Shown: positions 35,766 through 48,835, counted from the first letter of the stretch. The stretch is 64,000 bases of DNA from Chara braunii (GCA_003427395.1 BFEA01000004.1:6377708-6441707); one strand, 5' to 3'. The notes: generated by a model not told the origin, from the sequence alone. Made by a program: numbers and translations.

Positions 35766-36290
35766 TTATTTTATGACAAAAAAAAAACAGTATATGCATT
35801 TCCAAAGTTTGCGAATCCTAAAAGTTTTGCTTGCCTTGACTCCTTGATTCAGGCACTCATCCTGGTTCAAATTTTTATATGAAGCAGTGTGAATGTTTTC
35901 CTGTGACTCGTATCGACCTATAGCCTGCTTCGCTTTCTTACAAGTCCCTTGACCTCCTCGGGCCAAATTCCGCGTAACCTTTTCAGCTTTAGTAAGCTTG
36001 CGAGGTCGCTCTAACTGGTCAGACTTGTTATCTAACTTCGTTTTACCTTTCAACATCCTATCCTGAGGGGATTCCGAGAACTTGGCTAGCATCAGTCTCT
36101 CAAATTCAACCCAAGTCTCAGACGCTCGTGAAAGAAACTCAATATCAGACTTCAACCTTTCGGCGATAAAATTCAAGACGAAACGAAACTTATGATCTTC
36201 TTCCCAACTCATCCGCATTGCCAAACTCTAAAACGCTTGTAAGAATTCGATGACCTCGCTGCCTTTAAAGAGATGACTCATATATGAAAA
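35766..36290 (-). pseudogene. gag: Decayed gag (retrotransposon capsid-like)
   Basis: About 330 nt downstream of the PBS; F.G.EVIEFLQAF..AMRMSW..HKFRFVLNFIAERLKSDIEFLS..SETWVEFERLMLAKF resembles the gypsy Gag N-terminal helices; disrupted. Confidence 0.6.
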
Positions 36291-36608
36291 TGTTCCTTTC
36301 GTCATTATGATCTCCTGCAAGAGGCAAAATACTTCGTTAATAATTAAAATCAATAGAAGAAATAACTCCAAAAGTTAATGTACAGAATATGTTAGTTTCG
36401 ACCTTATCAGTTCAATACTGGTGAAATCAATTTTAACTTACTGATAAAATCATTAGTATCATTCTCTTCTTCAAACAAAACGACAAGTGGTTGGATCATT
36501 TAATAGTTAATTTCAAGTTACAAACAATATTCAATCATATTTTCATAATGTCATTCAACAATATCTCCCGAGTGTCGTTCCACCTGAGACAACGGTAGAT
36601 AGACGTTG

Positions 36609-36626
36609 TCCCCGGCAACGGCGCCA
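36609..36626 (-). promoter_or_regulatory. Primer binding site complementary to the tRNA-Asp 3' end
   Basis: Minus strand TGGCGCCGTTGCCGGGGA, the PBS typical of plant Athila-type gypsy elements. Confidence 0.9.
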
Positions 36627-39600
36627 CCTGTCGAGCGCATCAGCTCCCGCCTTTTTTGCAAAGGCGAGAGCCCTCCCAGCTATATCGCACAGGAGCTAAA
36701 ACAAAAACAAAACCAGAGACAACTTAGGACGATGCATAAATAATCCCCCGAAATGTCGAAATGAACGTGGTTGCATTGTACCTTCTCCACTCTAGCCGGG
36801 TGCGCCAACTGTACATCCCACGATCCCCTACGACAGGATAGGTTTTCACGAAGAACTTCTTACCTTCCCTGCGGGGCTGTCACCACCCTCAGGGGTGTAT
36901 CCCTACTGAGCTACTGACCCACGTGCGAAAGCTTTCACATGCAATTGCGAAGGTAGATCAACCGATGACGTTTACTCGCTCGCTGGAGTATAGGTACGCT
37001 TAGTTAACGCCAAGTGAACCCGAATGTTGTCCGTCTCCTAGGACGCTGATCTCCTAGGTACGAACGAACGTCGGTCGACTAGGACGGTCTCAACCAAACG
37101 TGAAACTCACCATATACTCTTAGTCCTTTTATAATTCTCGGATCACATAATAAATTAATACACTCTTATCAAATCTCACAAGATAGGATTTTGACTTAAT
37201 GAGATGATCTGCCGAAGTTATTTTTCCCAGCCTATATGCCTGAAGAATCATTATACCGCCGCTTCCGAGGCAGAGGCTCGTTATTGACGAAAGATTTGGA
37301 AAGGACAACCTAACATTTCACATATGGGTTGATCCATTGACATACTCACTAAACCCTGCTACGAGTGACTTCCGCAAGTAAATTTCACTGCGACCATGCA
37401 GATCAACAAGTGATCTGGGCGAAGTTTGAACACTCGGTTCGACCACACCTCTGTACCATATGCAACTTGCTTGGAGGAAAGTATTATCTAGCGAATAAAA
37501 ATTTTGTTGGTCGCTTTGTCCTCCTAGGCAATAATTACTTTTCCCGTTCCTTGAATGATGAAGTATCCACGTTCATCATTAGGATATCAAAAACAAACCC
37601 GTAGTCGTTTCTCTGTGCCAAGAGAACCATCACCTTCATTACCTACTTCTTACGGTTGAAGCTTCTTCTGTCCCCAACGTGCACCTATCCCTCTAGGAAG
37701 TGGTCTTGTGGGTACTCCTTTCCCTCGCGCGAGCCCGAAGACTCGGATCTCAGACGTTGGGGCGTCACCACCGAGTCGGCAAAGCATCGCCCCCGACGAA
37801 TCGGGTCCACTTCAAGTCGATAGCAGGGCCGGCTCCGAAAGCATACAACCCCCCGCCTCGGATGCTTCCTAGAGAGAAAGACCGTGTTCGCCATGAGCAG
37901 GTTTCTTTTATTCTCATTACTCATAAGTTTTGGGTAACTTAGATGAAAAATATTTTGAAGAAGATAGACAATGAGAATCATTTGGACAAGTATATGTAGA
38001 TAAGGCCGTTCAGGTTAGAAAAAGTCAATCATGGGGAGAAAACTACATCCGTTGAACCTTATCTTCTTCAAGTTTATTTCAATTGAATTCATTTTATGAT
38101 GCATACAGAATCAAAGTTTTTCAAAATAACGAATTTTTTTTGACATGCAGGCGGGTAAGAAGTGTAAAAAAAACGATCCTTTTCTCTTTCTCCAACCGGC
38201 ATAATCAATCTTCTTTCCAAGCACCCTTCTACCCACATGCACAACACGCAAAAACGACAAATTCAAGCGAAAACCAGTGCATTCTCATACTCAAGTCGGA
38301 TTTTTCCATCCACATACGCGACTCGCAGAACTTTGCTTTACCTTTCCAACGAACATTCAATGAATAGGGTTAAGCAAAGTGTGGATTCACACAGGTGTGA
38401 AGGGAAATCTGAGTCAATAAACTGACCGACCTTGAGTGAAGTTCAATTCGGCTCACTCAAGAACGCGGAATAATATTTTAATCAGAGCAAAGGATATTTG
38501 TCGTTGAAATTGAGAATATGCAACCCACAACACCACAATTCGTGGTCGTTCCACTGAACGAAGGTCCACGTCCTTCTCCAAGTACCCGACCACACCAAGG
38601 CCGGACCCACTGAGAAAACTCAAATGGGATAACCCTCTCGGAGGGTGGTCGTAAGATCCAGTCCCACACCGTCTCAACATCCCGGACAGTCCCATCGCAG
38701 TTCCCAACTTCACCTTAACCACCAAAGATACTCCCGCCCCAACCGCACGTCCAAGCTGCCGCAAACCACTTCGTCCGCATCCCAAGTTGGCCCCACTCAG
38801 TCCAAAGATGGTCCCAAGTGGTCCTAGGTTGTCCCACAACATCACCCGCAACACCAAACAGTCCAAAACTCAAAACCGCTCACACTGTGTGCCGCCAAAA
38901 AAATAAAGGTGGTCCTGGCTCAAAACCGCATATGCCGAGAGCCCCAATAAAAATATCCTTTAGCGCAAACCGCAAGTGCCGCAACTCCAATAGCCACAGC
39001 CGCGAGAGCTCGCACACCACTGCCGCACAATCCCAAATGTGCATCAGTATCAATACAACCGCTGAATCATGAAAGAAATAGTCTACCATTACCACGCACA
39101 TCAAAAATTAAAAGCGGGACTGCCGCTCGCCGCACCGTTGAAACTGGCACCACGTCGCCGTGCCAAAAACATTGGCAGCAGTTTCCCACTACTGCCGTTA
39201 AAACTAGTGCCACCACCGCAAAAATCCGGCAGCGCTTCCACATCACCGCCATCAAAACCAGTGCCACCGCCGCAAAAATCCCGCAACACTTTAGCGTCAC
39301 TGCCAAAAAAATCACACCTGCCGCCGAAAAAATTCGGTAGCGCTCCCGCAGTACGTCAATAAAAAAAATTGTCGTTACCGCAAAAACTGCGCAGCATCTC
39401 CCCAACACTTCTCCAATTATGGCTGTCATGTGCAACATAACCCCTACACCTGACAGAAAATGGTCGCCGACGCCGTGTTGAACAAACAGCACCTTCACAC
39501 CACCTCTTCAGCTATGGCTGTCGTCGCCGTGATGGCTGCGCCGCACCTCCCCAACACTTCACAAAGTGAAGTGGTAGCTATGGTTGCCTCCACTCTCCAC

Positions 39601-39697
39601 ACCAGCCAGCAGCTTCTCCTGCAACAGCCAACGCTTACGCAAGTGGAATGCCAGCAGCATCAGCCACAAATGAATGTTGGTTGACTGGCTGCTGGCT

Positions 39698-39709
39698 TCT
39701 TTTATAGCC
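39698..39709 (-). promoter_or_regulatory. Candidate LTR TATA box (CTATAAAGAAG; counterpart CTATAAAAGAAG at about 32130-32142)
   Basis: TATA-like motif on the element's sense strand, present in both LTRs; position only. Confidence 0.3.
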
Positions 39710-40095
39710 AGCTGAGGGTTGAGGGCAGCAACTTTGCCCCTCATCCAAAAACTCGGGGCAGGGCCTGACCCTTGATCTCAGACGAGATCAAGGGCTGAAA
39801 ATCTTGATGTTCCCCTAGGGGAACCAAGTTTCAAGCCCTGGTAATGCATCTGGTCGTCACCCTCAGCCAGACGCAGCCAAAAATGGCAGTACCAAGCCAT
39901 ATCTAGCAGACTGTTGAACTCAACGGTCTGCTGTCTCATCAGGGTCCAGATGCTTCTGCCCCTGCATCTGGTCTGACGTCGCGATCAAATTCGCGATGTC
40001 TTTTTTTTTTTTTTTTTTTTTTTTTTTCTTCCCCCCTTCATTTCCTCCCTATGAGGGGCAACTCGTTTTTCGAAACGAGCAGCCTCCCACACTGT

Positions 40096-40338
40096 GTCTT
40101 TTCAAAGAGTCAAACTAGAGTCAAGCTCAACTGAGTCTTCTTTCCCCCTGCCACTTAGTCACGTGTCTGTACTAGGCACAACAAAAATGTCAGGTAGGAG
40201 CGCACCCCTAATACTTCCTGCTTCACAATGATAGGAAGAGCCGACAACGAAGGATCAAAAGCAACGCCACTATGAACGCTTGGCTGCCACGACCAACTCC
40301 AAACCCTGAAACGCTAAAAGATCGATAGGCCATGCTTC
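40096..40338 (-). pseudogene. Rearranged 28S/25S rRNA fragments in the other LTR
   Basis: Same three LSU segments in the same order as at 32514-32756. Confidence 0.9.
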
Positions 40339-41699
40339 AGACGTGAACGGGCGCCCGATCGTCTCGCCATCTACATAGGGGGGCGAAGGAGGGGGGGTGA
40401 CGTGGCCATGTATACTCCCATGTTCTAGCGAAAGATCCACTCGATTGTGCTCATCCCAAAGTNNNNNNNNNNNNNNNNNNNNNNNNNNNNNNNNNNNNNN
40501 NNNNNNNNNNNNNNNNNNNNNNNNNNNNNNNNNNNNNNNNNNNNNNNNNNNNNNNNNNNNNNNNNNNNNNNNNNNNNNNNNNNNNNNNNNNNNNNNNNNN
40601 NNNNNNNNNNNNNNNNNNNNNNNNNNNNNNNNNNNNNNNNNNNNNNNNNNNNNNNNNNNNNNNNNNNNNNNNNNNNNNNNNNNNNNNNNNNNNNNNNNNN
40701 NNNNNNNNNNNNNNNNNNNNNNNNNNNNNNNNNNNNNNNNNNNNNNNNNNNNNNNNNNNNNNNNNNNNNNNNNNNNNNNNNNNNNNNNNNNNNNNNNNNN
40801 NNNNNNNNNNNNNNNNNNNNNNNNNNNNNNNNNNNNNNNNNNNNNNNNNNNNNNNNNNNNNNNNNNNNNNNNNNNNNNNNNNNNNNNNNNNNNNNNNNNN
40901 NNNNNNNNNNNNNNNNNNNNNNNNNNNNNNNNNNNNNNNNNNNNNNNNNNNNNNNNNNNNNNNNNNNNNNNNNNNNNNNNNNNNNNNNNNNNNNNNNNNN
41001 NNNNNNNNNNNNNNNNNNNNNNNNNNNNNNNNNNNNNNNNNNNNNNNNNNNNNNNNNGCGCGATCCTTGCGATCGAACGGTTCGGATCGACCGCGCCGAC
41101 AGCGTTCAAAGTGAGCAGCTCCAAAAGGAGCTAACCCTGTGGCATAATATCTCATATTCGATCCCGATATCTGTCGGGTAAGATTTGAGTGCAGTAACCT
41201 ACTGGCTAGCTCCTATCACGACAGTGATAGGAGCAACTCGTCTATAAGAAGAGCTCGCCCAGTTGCTAGGCTGCCGCCCTGTAGCCTAGCAAACCCCGAG
41301 CCTTGGGCCTGCTGGCAAACCAAATCCCCACCCCCTTTCTCACTTGGTGGGGCACCGGGCCCTCTAGCTAGGGGCCCTGCCTTGGCCGGCGTACCGCACG
41401 CTCACGCCCGACTTCATTGAAACACATAGGTCGGATGTGGCTTCAAGGGGGGGCGCGCTTTCACACGTGGAGGTCTTAATTGGCCCTTATAGGCTCTGAA
41501 TCGCACGGCTTAGCAGTCGCCCTCAATTGGCCCATTTCCTAAGTCGGACATCGTCCGACATTTAAAATACCGAGCAAATACCCTTGTCAGGGTTTCTGCC
41601 TCGACAACGTTCGTCCGGATATGGAAGGCTGCCTTTTTGCGATGTACACCAGTTAATCTACAACTCGAAGTTTGCCACTACTGCACATTTGAGCTCCAT

Positions 41700-43906
41700 G
41701 CAAAGGATCGAAATGAATTCCTCCGTCAAACATTGTTAAATGCATCGGCGCCTTGATGCCTCACTTTCGGGCGCGACTCTTCCTCTTCGCAACATTTAAA
41801 CTAACATTCATACCCCAGATCTAACCCAACCAATCACTTTGTTGTGCCTAGAAACCCCCAAAACGAACCTCCACTCGCTTGATTCCACCCACAATCGAGT
41901 GAGAACCCCTATTTCCTCCTTGTCCCCTCACTCTACTTCTTACTAACCTCCTACTAATCTACTAACGTTCTTATAAAACTAACTTCATAGTCTGGTTCGC
42001 CCTATGTCAAAACCCCCGAGACTGTTCCTCACTCGCCGAGATCACCCACGAACGAGTGAATAAAACCTTTCTTCTCATTCTCTTCTTCCCCTTTCTCCAT
42101 ATCCCCGCGCAACTGTTTTTTCTTAATAACCCCTATCTCACTAATCTAGAGCTAGAACTAACACTACCATCCAATTCGCCCTACCCAGATCCCTCTGAAT
42201 CGCCTCTTCCCTCGCCTAAAACTATGAAGTATCGCGAGCGCTCTCTCTTCCTTGCTGCGACTCGGCTCACCAGACCGCCATCTCCGTTTCTTCCTTTGTC
42301 GAATGTAACCAGCGTGAATTCGCGTCCGGGTTCATTCCTCCCACTTTTTACTTCCGTCGCTGCGTCCTCACACTCTTTAGTCCGACAGCACCCGACTTCG
42401 GTGGCACACCATCGTGGTGAGCAGCTTCAGCTGCTATGCAAAGAGAGTCAAAGGCATTTAGCAACTGGTCGACCCGATTAGCCTTTTGCCCTTCCACGCA
42501 CGTCCTTTGAACATTGCATAACAGTTTAATTGCGGCCTCCTCCTGCAGCACGTGGTCCCACAGCCGTGCAGCACACTGCTGCACGCTCCGGCTATCCCGA
42601 GGAAAAACCTCCAAGGGAACCCGCCACTTATATGGCCTGACTTTTCCACCCTATGCCCAGGTCCGGCGAATGTTTTGCAAAACAATATCATTGTGGGTCT
42701 CCACTGCAGCACCCTCTTGCCCCTTATGCCCAGGCTAACTTGTCACCACCTAAGCCCTCGACAGACAGTTCTTACATAGACAGCCTGTCGCAGAGCCGAA
42801 GGCACGGCCCTGCAACAAGGCCTCGATATGGCCTAGTGCAGATCCCGGTGGTAGTAGCAAATACCCCATATAAACTTCGTAGACCGAATCGTCGAAAGGG
42901 GTTTCCTTGTAGGCAGCCGCAGTAGCCGCCTTCTGACAACGCCCCGAGCCGCCTCACCCTATTTTGCCACGGGCATGCTCACACTCGAACCCTTCACAGC
43001 AGATTATGGTTGGCGGACGGTGCCCCAATGGCAAGCCCCGTCACTCAGGTTTCTTCCCCTTCGTGGACCAACCACCCACGGGCTCGTATGCACGTTGACT
43101 TCCTCCGTCCACGTCTTAAGACGGTGGGACCACGGACCTCCACGAGCATTCCGAACGCGCAAAAAAATCATAGGTCAAACGAAAAAGAGGCGCATGCTCA
43201 AGGCCCTCGACCGTCGCGACGTCCTCCAAAAATTCAACGTCGTGCCTGAGTCAAGGAGCACCGAAGCAAAATAATAATAGTACAACAATAAACAATAAAA
43301 ATATTCAAACTTTTAATCGTCAAAATATGACGAACGAAAAAAAAAAAACGCTAATACAGTTTGGACGCCGCCGGCGGCAAAACCAAGGGGGATAGCCCCG
43401 GCGGGCCTTCCACGCTACTCTGATATTCCCGCGCCGTCGCCGCTCGATCTGAATCCCTGAATCTCTTTGATGAAAGTATGATGTTGTAACCAATAGTGTC
43501 AGGCCCAAGACTGGGTCTAACTTTGACAGACTCCTAAATAAATAGATACTGTGTGACGCGCAGATCTACCGAAACGTTTTTCAAAATCACATTGTTGTTG
43601 ACGCCGTCCTCCGCACGTACGCACAAGTCACAAACAAGCGCGCCAACCAAAAGGCATAATTTTTTTAATCCTAGTTTAATAAGAAAATAAACAAAATCTG
43701 GTCGCGATCCTTCCAGCTCTTCAATCATCAACAATTAAAAGATCGTGCGCGCCCACACACTCTCTACTCTAGTCAACCATCCAGCCAACGTGAACCACAG
43801 ATGCAGCCCCGCCTCGCGCAGTATACTTAAACTATAAACCTAACTTATTTTTTGTCACTTGCAAAAAAACAGGGCGGATACCCTTGTAAGGGTATTCGCA
43901 CCGACA
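41700..43906 (-). mobile_element. Dispersed repeat homologous to 26300-28155; the minus strand starts TGTCGG like an LTR
   Basis: See 26300-28155. The end GATACCCTTGTAAGGGTATTCGCACCGACA resembles the LTR terminus at 41606. Confidence 0.65.
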
Positions 43907-43980
43907 CCCTTAGAACATGGAAAGATACACCGCCATGATTATAGTCTACCGTGCACACGTCGAGCGAGCGAGCGAGCGAG

Positions 43981-44042
<62 letters not shown>

Positions 44043-44389
44043 NNNNNNNNNNNNNNNNNNNNNNNNNNNNNNNNNNNNNNNNNNNNNNNNNNNNNNNNNN
44101 NNNNNNNNNNNNNNNNNNNNNNNNNNNNNNNNNNNNNNNNNNNNNNNNNNNNNNNNNNNNNNNNNNNNNNNNNNNNNNNNNNNNNNNNNNNNNNNNNNNN
44201 NNNNNNNNNNNNNNNNNNNNNNNNNNNNNNNNNNNNNNNNNNNNNNNNNNNNNNNNNNNNNNNNNNNNNNNNNNNNNNNNNNNNNNNNNNNNNNNNNNNN
44301 NNNNNNNNNNNNNNNNNNNNNNNNNNNNNNNNNNNNNNNNNNNNNNNNNNNNNNNNNNNNNNNNNNNTCATTCCGTGTTCATCTGCAAC

Positions 44390-44812
44390 CAGCTACGGCA
44401 AGCTAGTGCCCGGTAGTTCGAGCCTTGGCAAGGCTCGGCATACCGGTCGGCCGAGGCTCGGACTGGATAGCTGGGCCAAGTACTGGGGACTAGCTTGCCG
44501 TAGCTGGTGGCATACCGGTCGGCCAGTACTTGGCCCAGCTATCGGCCGCGGCGCTTTCCTGTATACGCGCCGCGCCTTTAGGGCTTCGGGGTACCGGACC
44601 ACAATGGCTGGAAGCGCCAGCGAAAAAAAATTGTGAAACGGTACCCCGGCGCTTCGGCGAAAATCGGCTTGCAGGGGCATTCCAGGCTCGGCATGGATAG
44701 CTGGGCCAAGTACTTGGCCTCCTACGGGCAGCAATTGGTCCTACGGCCTCCTACGGGCAGCAATTGGTCCTACGGCCTCCTCGGCCTCCTACGGGCAGCA
44801 ATTGGTCCTACG
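44390..44812. repeat. GC-rich internally repetitive segment ending in a 29-bp tandem repeat x3 (GGCCTCCTACGGGCAGCAATTGGTCCTAC)
   Basis: Direct observation; GGATAGCTGGGCCAAGTACT also occurs twice, plus an inverted partial copy. Confidence 0.85.
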
Positions 44813-44970
44813 CGGTCTTGCAAGGCCCCCAAACCTGAAAATGCCCACCCTCCCAACGACCACCGAAGTTGAAATTCGAGTGACGTTGAAATGTCTCAGG
44901 GGGGGGAAACGCAACCCTGACGGGCTGCCAACACGTTCTGAATGGATTGAAAAAAAAAAAAAAAAAACTA

Positions 44971-45035
44971 AGAGCCTAGCTCAGTGGGTACACCCATGAA
45001 CTGTTCAAAATACAGACCCGTGTTCGAATTCCGAT
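44971..45035 (+). pseudogene. Degenerate tRNA-like/SINE head
   Basis: A-box TAGCTCAGTGG and B-box-like TGTTCGAATTC about 50 nt apart. Confidence 0.4.
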
Positions 45036-45620
45036 GATGGAACTTGATGAGTAAACTGGTAAAACGAACTATTTCTGAATTGCCTGGGGCTGGTCAGCTT
45101 AATGATGATATCTCAAGGCCGTTACCGTGTCCCATATGCCACGGGCGTGGGCGGTGGAGCGAGACCATAAGACTCGTCTGTCCGTTACTCCTTCCGCCGA
45201 CCGTTCGTCAGTGCTTGGCCAATTTTTCGGTTTCTGAAAAAAAACGAAACAAATCGGTTCTGATCGATTCTGTTCGAATTCGGTTCGGTTGGGTCTCATC
45301 ACTGTTGTTAGATCGGTTCGTTCCGTTGCCCTTCCGTGCGATTGCGGCCTCTGCCATATGTCTTGGTTCTTCCCGTCTTGATTTCCTTTGATCTTTCTTG
45401 GTGCAGTTTGTGCACCGTGGCGCCTTGATTGCTACTTTGCAGTTCAATCAGCTTCGTTGATCGATCAATCAATCCGACGAACGGATTGAGTGGTTAGTCG
45501 GGGGGTTGATTTGATTGCCCGACGGGGTTGATCGTCATCCAGACAGGTTGTGAAGTCGAAGTGGGCGAGCGTTTCCACGGAGGAGGAGTTGAAACACGCG
45601 TGTGTGTTTTAGTGTGCGCC

Positions 45621-45703
<83 letters not shown>

Positions 45704-46364
45704 NNNNNNNNNNNNNNNNNNNNNNNNNNNNNNNNNNNNNNNNNNNNNNNNNNNNNNNNNNNNNNNNNNNNNNNNNNNNNNNNNNNNNNNNNNNNNNNNN
45801 NNNNNNNNNNNNNNNNNNNNNNNNNNNNNNNNNNNNNNNNNNNNNNNNNNNNNNNNNNNNNNNNNNNNNNNNNNNNNNNNNNNNNNNNNNNNNNNNNNNN
45901 NNNNNNNNNNNNNNNNNNNNNNNNNNNNNNNNNNNNNNNNNNNNNNNNNNNNNNNNNNNNNNNNNNNNNNNNNNNNNNNNNNNNNNNNNNNNNNNNNNNN
46001 NNNNNNNNNNNNNNNNNNNNNNNNNNNNNNNNNNNNNNNNNNNNNNNNNNNNNNNNNNNNNNNNNNNNNNNNNNNNNNNNNNNNNNNNNNNNNNNNNNNN
46101 NNNNNNNNNNNNNNNNNNNNNNNNNNNNNNNNNNNNNNNNNNNNNNNNNNNNNNNNNNNNNNNNNNNNNNNNNNNNNNNNNNNNNNNNNNNNNNNNNNNN
46201 NNNNNNNNNNNNNNNNNNNNNNNNNNNNNNNNNNNNNNNNNNNNNNNNNNNNNNNNNNNNNNNNNNNNNNNNNNNNNNNNNNNNNNNNNNNNNNNNNNNN
46301 NNNNNNNNNNNNNNNNNNNNNNNNNNNNNNNNNNNNNNNNNNNNNNNNNCACGCACACACGCAC

Positions 46365-46411
<47 letters not shown>

Positions 46412-46815
46412 GGGTTTTATGGCTGTGACAGACAAGTTTGTCTTACTTACTGGCATTCTTGTCAGGGGTTTGGACCAACAGCATGCGAGGATTGCAGGGT
46501 CCTAACTAACAACCTAATAGTTGGTTGGTGTGAGTAAATTCGACCTCTTTTCTCTCTCTGGGGTGGTTATCGCTACCTCATGGCGACGCGGCGAGTCCTT
46601 ATCCAATCAGTCAACTGCATTTTAGAAAGACTGTCGAATCAGTTCAACCTCCGTACGAGTCAGTGAGAGTTGGACGAAACAGACTGGCACAGAACATGAC
46701 ATCTCTCACGCGCACGCGCCCACACCCACACTTTCACACACCCACACACACCCACATACACGTACAAACACACACACTTCCACACGCACAGACAAACACA
46801 CACACACACACACTC

Positions 46816-46846
<31 letters not shown>

Positions 46847-47009
46847 AACTCAAGCAGGGAATGACGATCTGCAGTATTTACCGCTTTCCAAGCCATCGCT
46901 CTCTTTCTCTGTTCTCTTGTTCTTTCTCTCTCCCCCTCCCCCTCTCGCTTCCCTCTCTCTTTCTCTCTCCCTCGCTCGTCCATCGCCCGCGCGCCTCGCG
47001 GAATTCGAT

Positions 47010-47160
47010 CATCATTCGACGACTTCCATTGCTCAATATTTTGACCGTTGAATTTCCATCGGTCAATATTTTCCCCGTTGAATTTCCATCGTCAAATATT
47101 TGACCGTTTGAATTTCGATCGTCGAGTATATTGACTTTTGAATTTCGATCGTTGATCGGG
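47010..47160. repeat. ~30-bp minisatellite (CAATATTTTGACCGTTGAATTTCCATCG)
   Basis: About five degenerate copies. Confidence 0.9.
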
Positions 47161-47496
47161 TTCCAGATGGCCGTCATCGGCATATACCTGTTTAATTTTC
47201 AATGAGCCCCCCAACCCACCCACCACCTATAAAAAACAAAAAGAGAAAGGGAAAAAAAAAAAAAACAGCTTTATTTTAATCACCCACCATCCCGCCCCTG
47301 CCAACAAAAAACAAAGAACGGAAAATAAAAAGGGGACTTCATTAAATGCCTGTCGTTGATCTTGAAGAAGAATAGCTTCGATGCCCACGGCAGCTGAACG
47401 CTCGTAGAAATTAAGGGAAAAAAAACAAATAAGAAAGAAAAGACAAAACAGGGAAAAGAATCAAAACGACTTTTTTTATTTAATGATTTATTTTGA

Positions 47497-47626
47497 AGGC
47501 TAAGTCTTTAAGCCTAACCAATTCAAATACCTGTCGAATCTGGACAGGACGACCTTTCAGGCCTTTTTTTATTGTCATTATTATAGTATTACGGGGAAAC
47601 CCGTAGCAGCCACATCCGTGCTTCAA
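47497..47626. repeat. ~130-bp dispersed direct repeat (second copy 50763-50888)
   Basis: AACCAATTCAA.TACCTGTCGAATCTGGACAGGACG..TTTCAGGCC...TTACGGGGAA.CCCG.AGCAGCCACATCCGTGCT in both copies. Confidence 0.9.
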
Positions 47627-48098
47627 ATGCCTGTCGTTTTTGTTTAAAAAAATAATAATAATAATAATGTTTTTTTTTATATTCCAAATGCCTGACGTTG
47701 TTACTCTGCCTTCGCGGCGTCGCGTGCTATCTATTCATTGGCGCTGCCGAACTGCCGTCTTCCCCCGAGCACAACACACACCCGCATCGCGACTGTATTT
47801 GGCCGAAAAGATAGTTTGTATGCATTCATGAAGAGGGTGCGCTGTGTTCGCGAGAAGTTGGTAGACTGTGATCCGTATATAGAACTGTCTGTCACGACGA
47901 AGGAAACGAAGGGCCTTGCCACATTACTCAAGAAGCGAAAAATGGTGAGTGCATCTTCCCACAGAAGGTGGCAAGATTCATCCGTTCTTATGTATAGTAA
48001 CAAATGTATCTTGCCACCCTCTTGTGAGAAGATGCATTCGTTTCTTTTTCATTTCGCGTGTTGAGTGGCGAGGCCCAAAGTGCCAAATCGTTGGGCAC

Positions 48099-48178
48099 CA
48101 ATCAATCAATCAATCAATTAATCAATCAATTAATCAATCAATCAATTAATCAATCAATCAATCAATTAATTAATCAAT
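48099..48178. repeat. (AATC)n/(AATT) microsatellite
   Basis: Direct observation. Confidence 0.95.
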
Positions 48179-48835
48179 TGGTTGTCGGCACGTCATAAAA
48201 AGGAAAATGCAATGCGTAAGCTAATGGGCCAGCGGTTTTTCAGCTAATGGTAGCATTGAATGGTATATGCTCAGATGAAACTTCTGTGAACTAACAGATC
48301 ATGAGTTCCAATCCAATTGTTGGCGGCAGCTCTGCCGCGATGCGAGTGTTGCTCGACGATTAATAAGTACTTAATCACGTCTAAGCAAAGAGCAGAACCA
48401 CTTGACGATGGCTTGATATGTATTAAAGCACACATAATTGCCTTTTGTACATTAAATTTTGCTTTTTGTACAATAAATGCATTTCGTGGAATTTGGCAGC
48501 TGGGCCAATGTTTTGGTCTGGAAGACAGATCACGCACATTGTAATCGATGATCTTCTCCTCCTTTTTCTTCTTCTTCTTCTTCTTCTTTTTCTTCTTGTT
48601 TTTTTTTTTTTTTGTTTGTTCTTTGGTGGGAAGGAGCACCTGCTGGAAAACGGGCCCGATGATCATATAACCTTTTTTTTTTTTTTTTTTTTTGAAAATC
48701 ATAGAACACCGAAATTCAAAAACCTGGCGGAAAAGCCGAAGAATCACACTTTATTGCTGGCGTGGCATATATACAAAAAGCAAAATTGATGTACAGAAAC
48801 TTACATGATAAATGCAGATCTGATTAAGACAAACT

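Larger units (their letters stand above)
28735..41606 (-). mobile_element. Non-autonomous Ty3/gypsy-like LTR retrotransposon with ~5-kb LTRs (gag-only, LARD/TR-GAG-like)
   Basis: Direct repeats 28735-34011 and 36629-41606, TGTCGAG...CTCGACA termini, tRNA-Asp PBS, 2.6-kb internal region with a decayed gag and no pol. Confidence 0.85.
36629..41606 (-). repeat. 5' LTR (about 4.98 kb including a gap)
   Basis: The minus strand starts TGTCGAGG at 41606 and ends GCGCTCGACA at 36629, 2 nt before the PBS. Confidence 0.88.

Noticed and set aside
43875-43906. Helitron 3' hairpin
   Set aside because: No CTRR end at the expected distance; the same hairpin sits at the PBS-validated LTR terminus (41578-41606), so an LTR end is the better reading.
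48271-48544. Reverse-transcriptase remnant
   Set aside because: No YxDD or other diagnostic motif in any listed frame.
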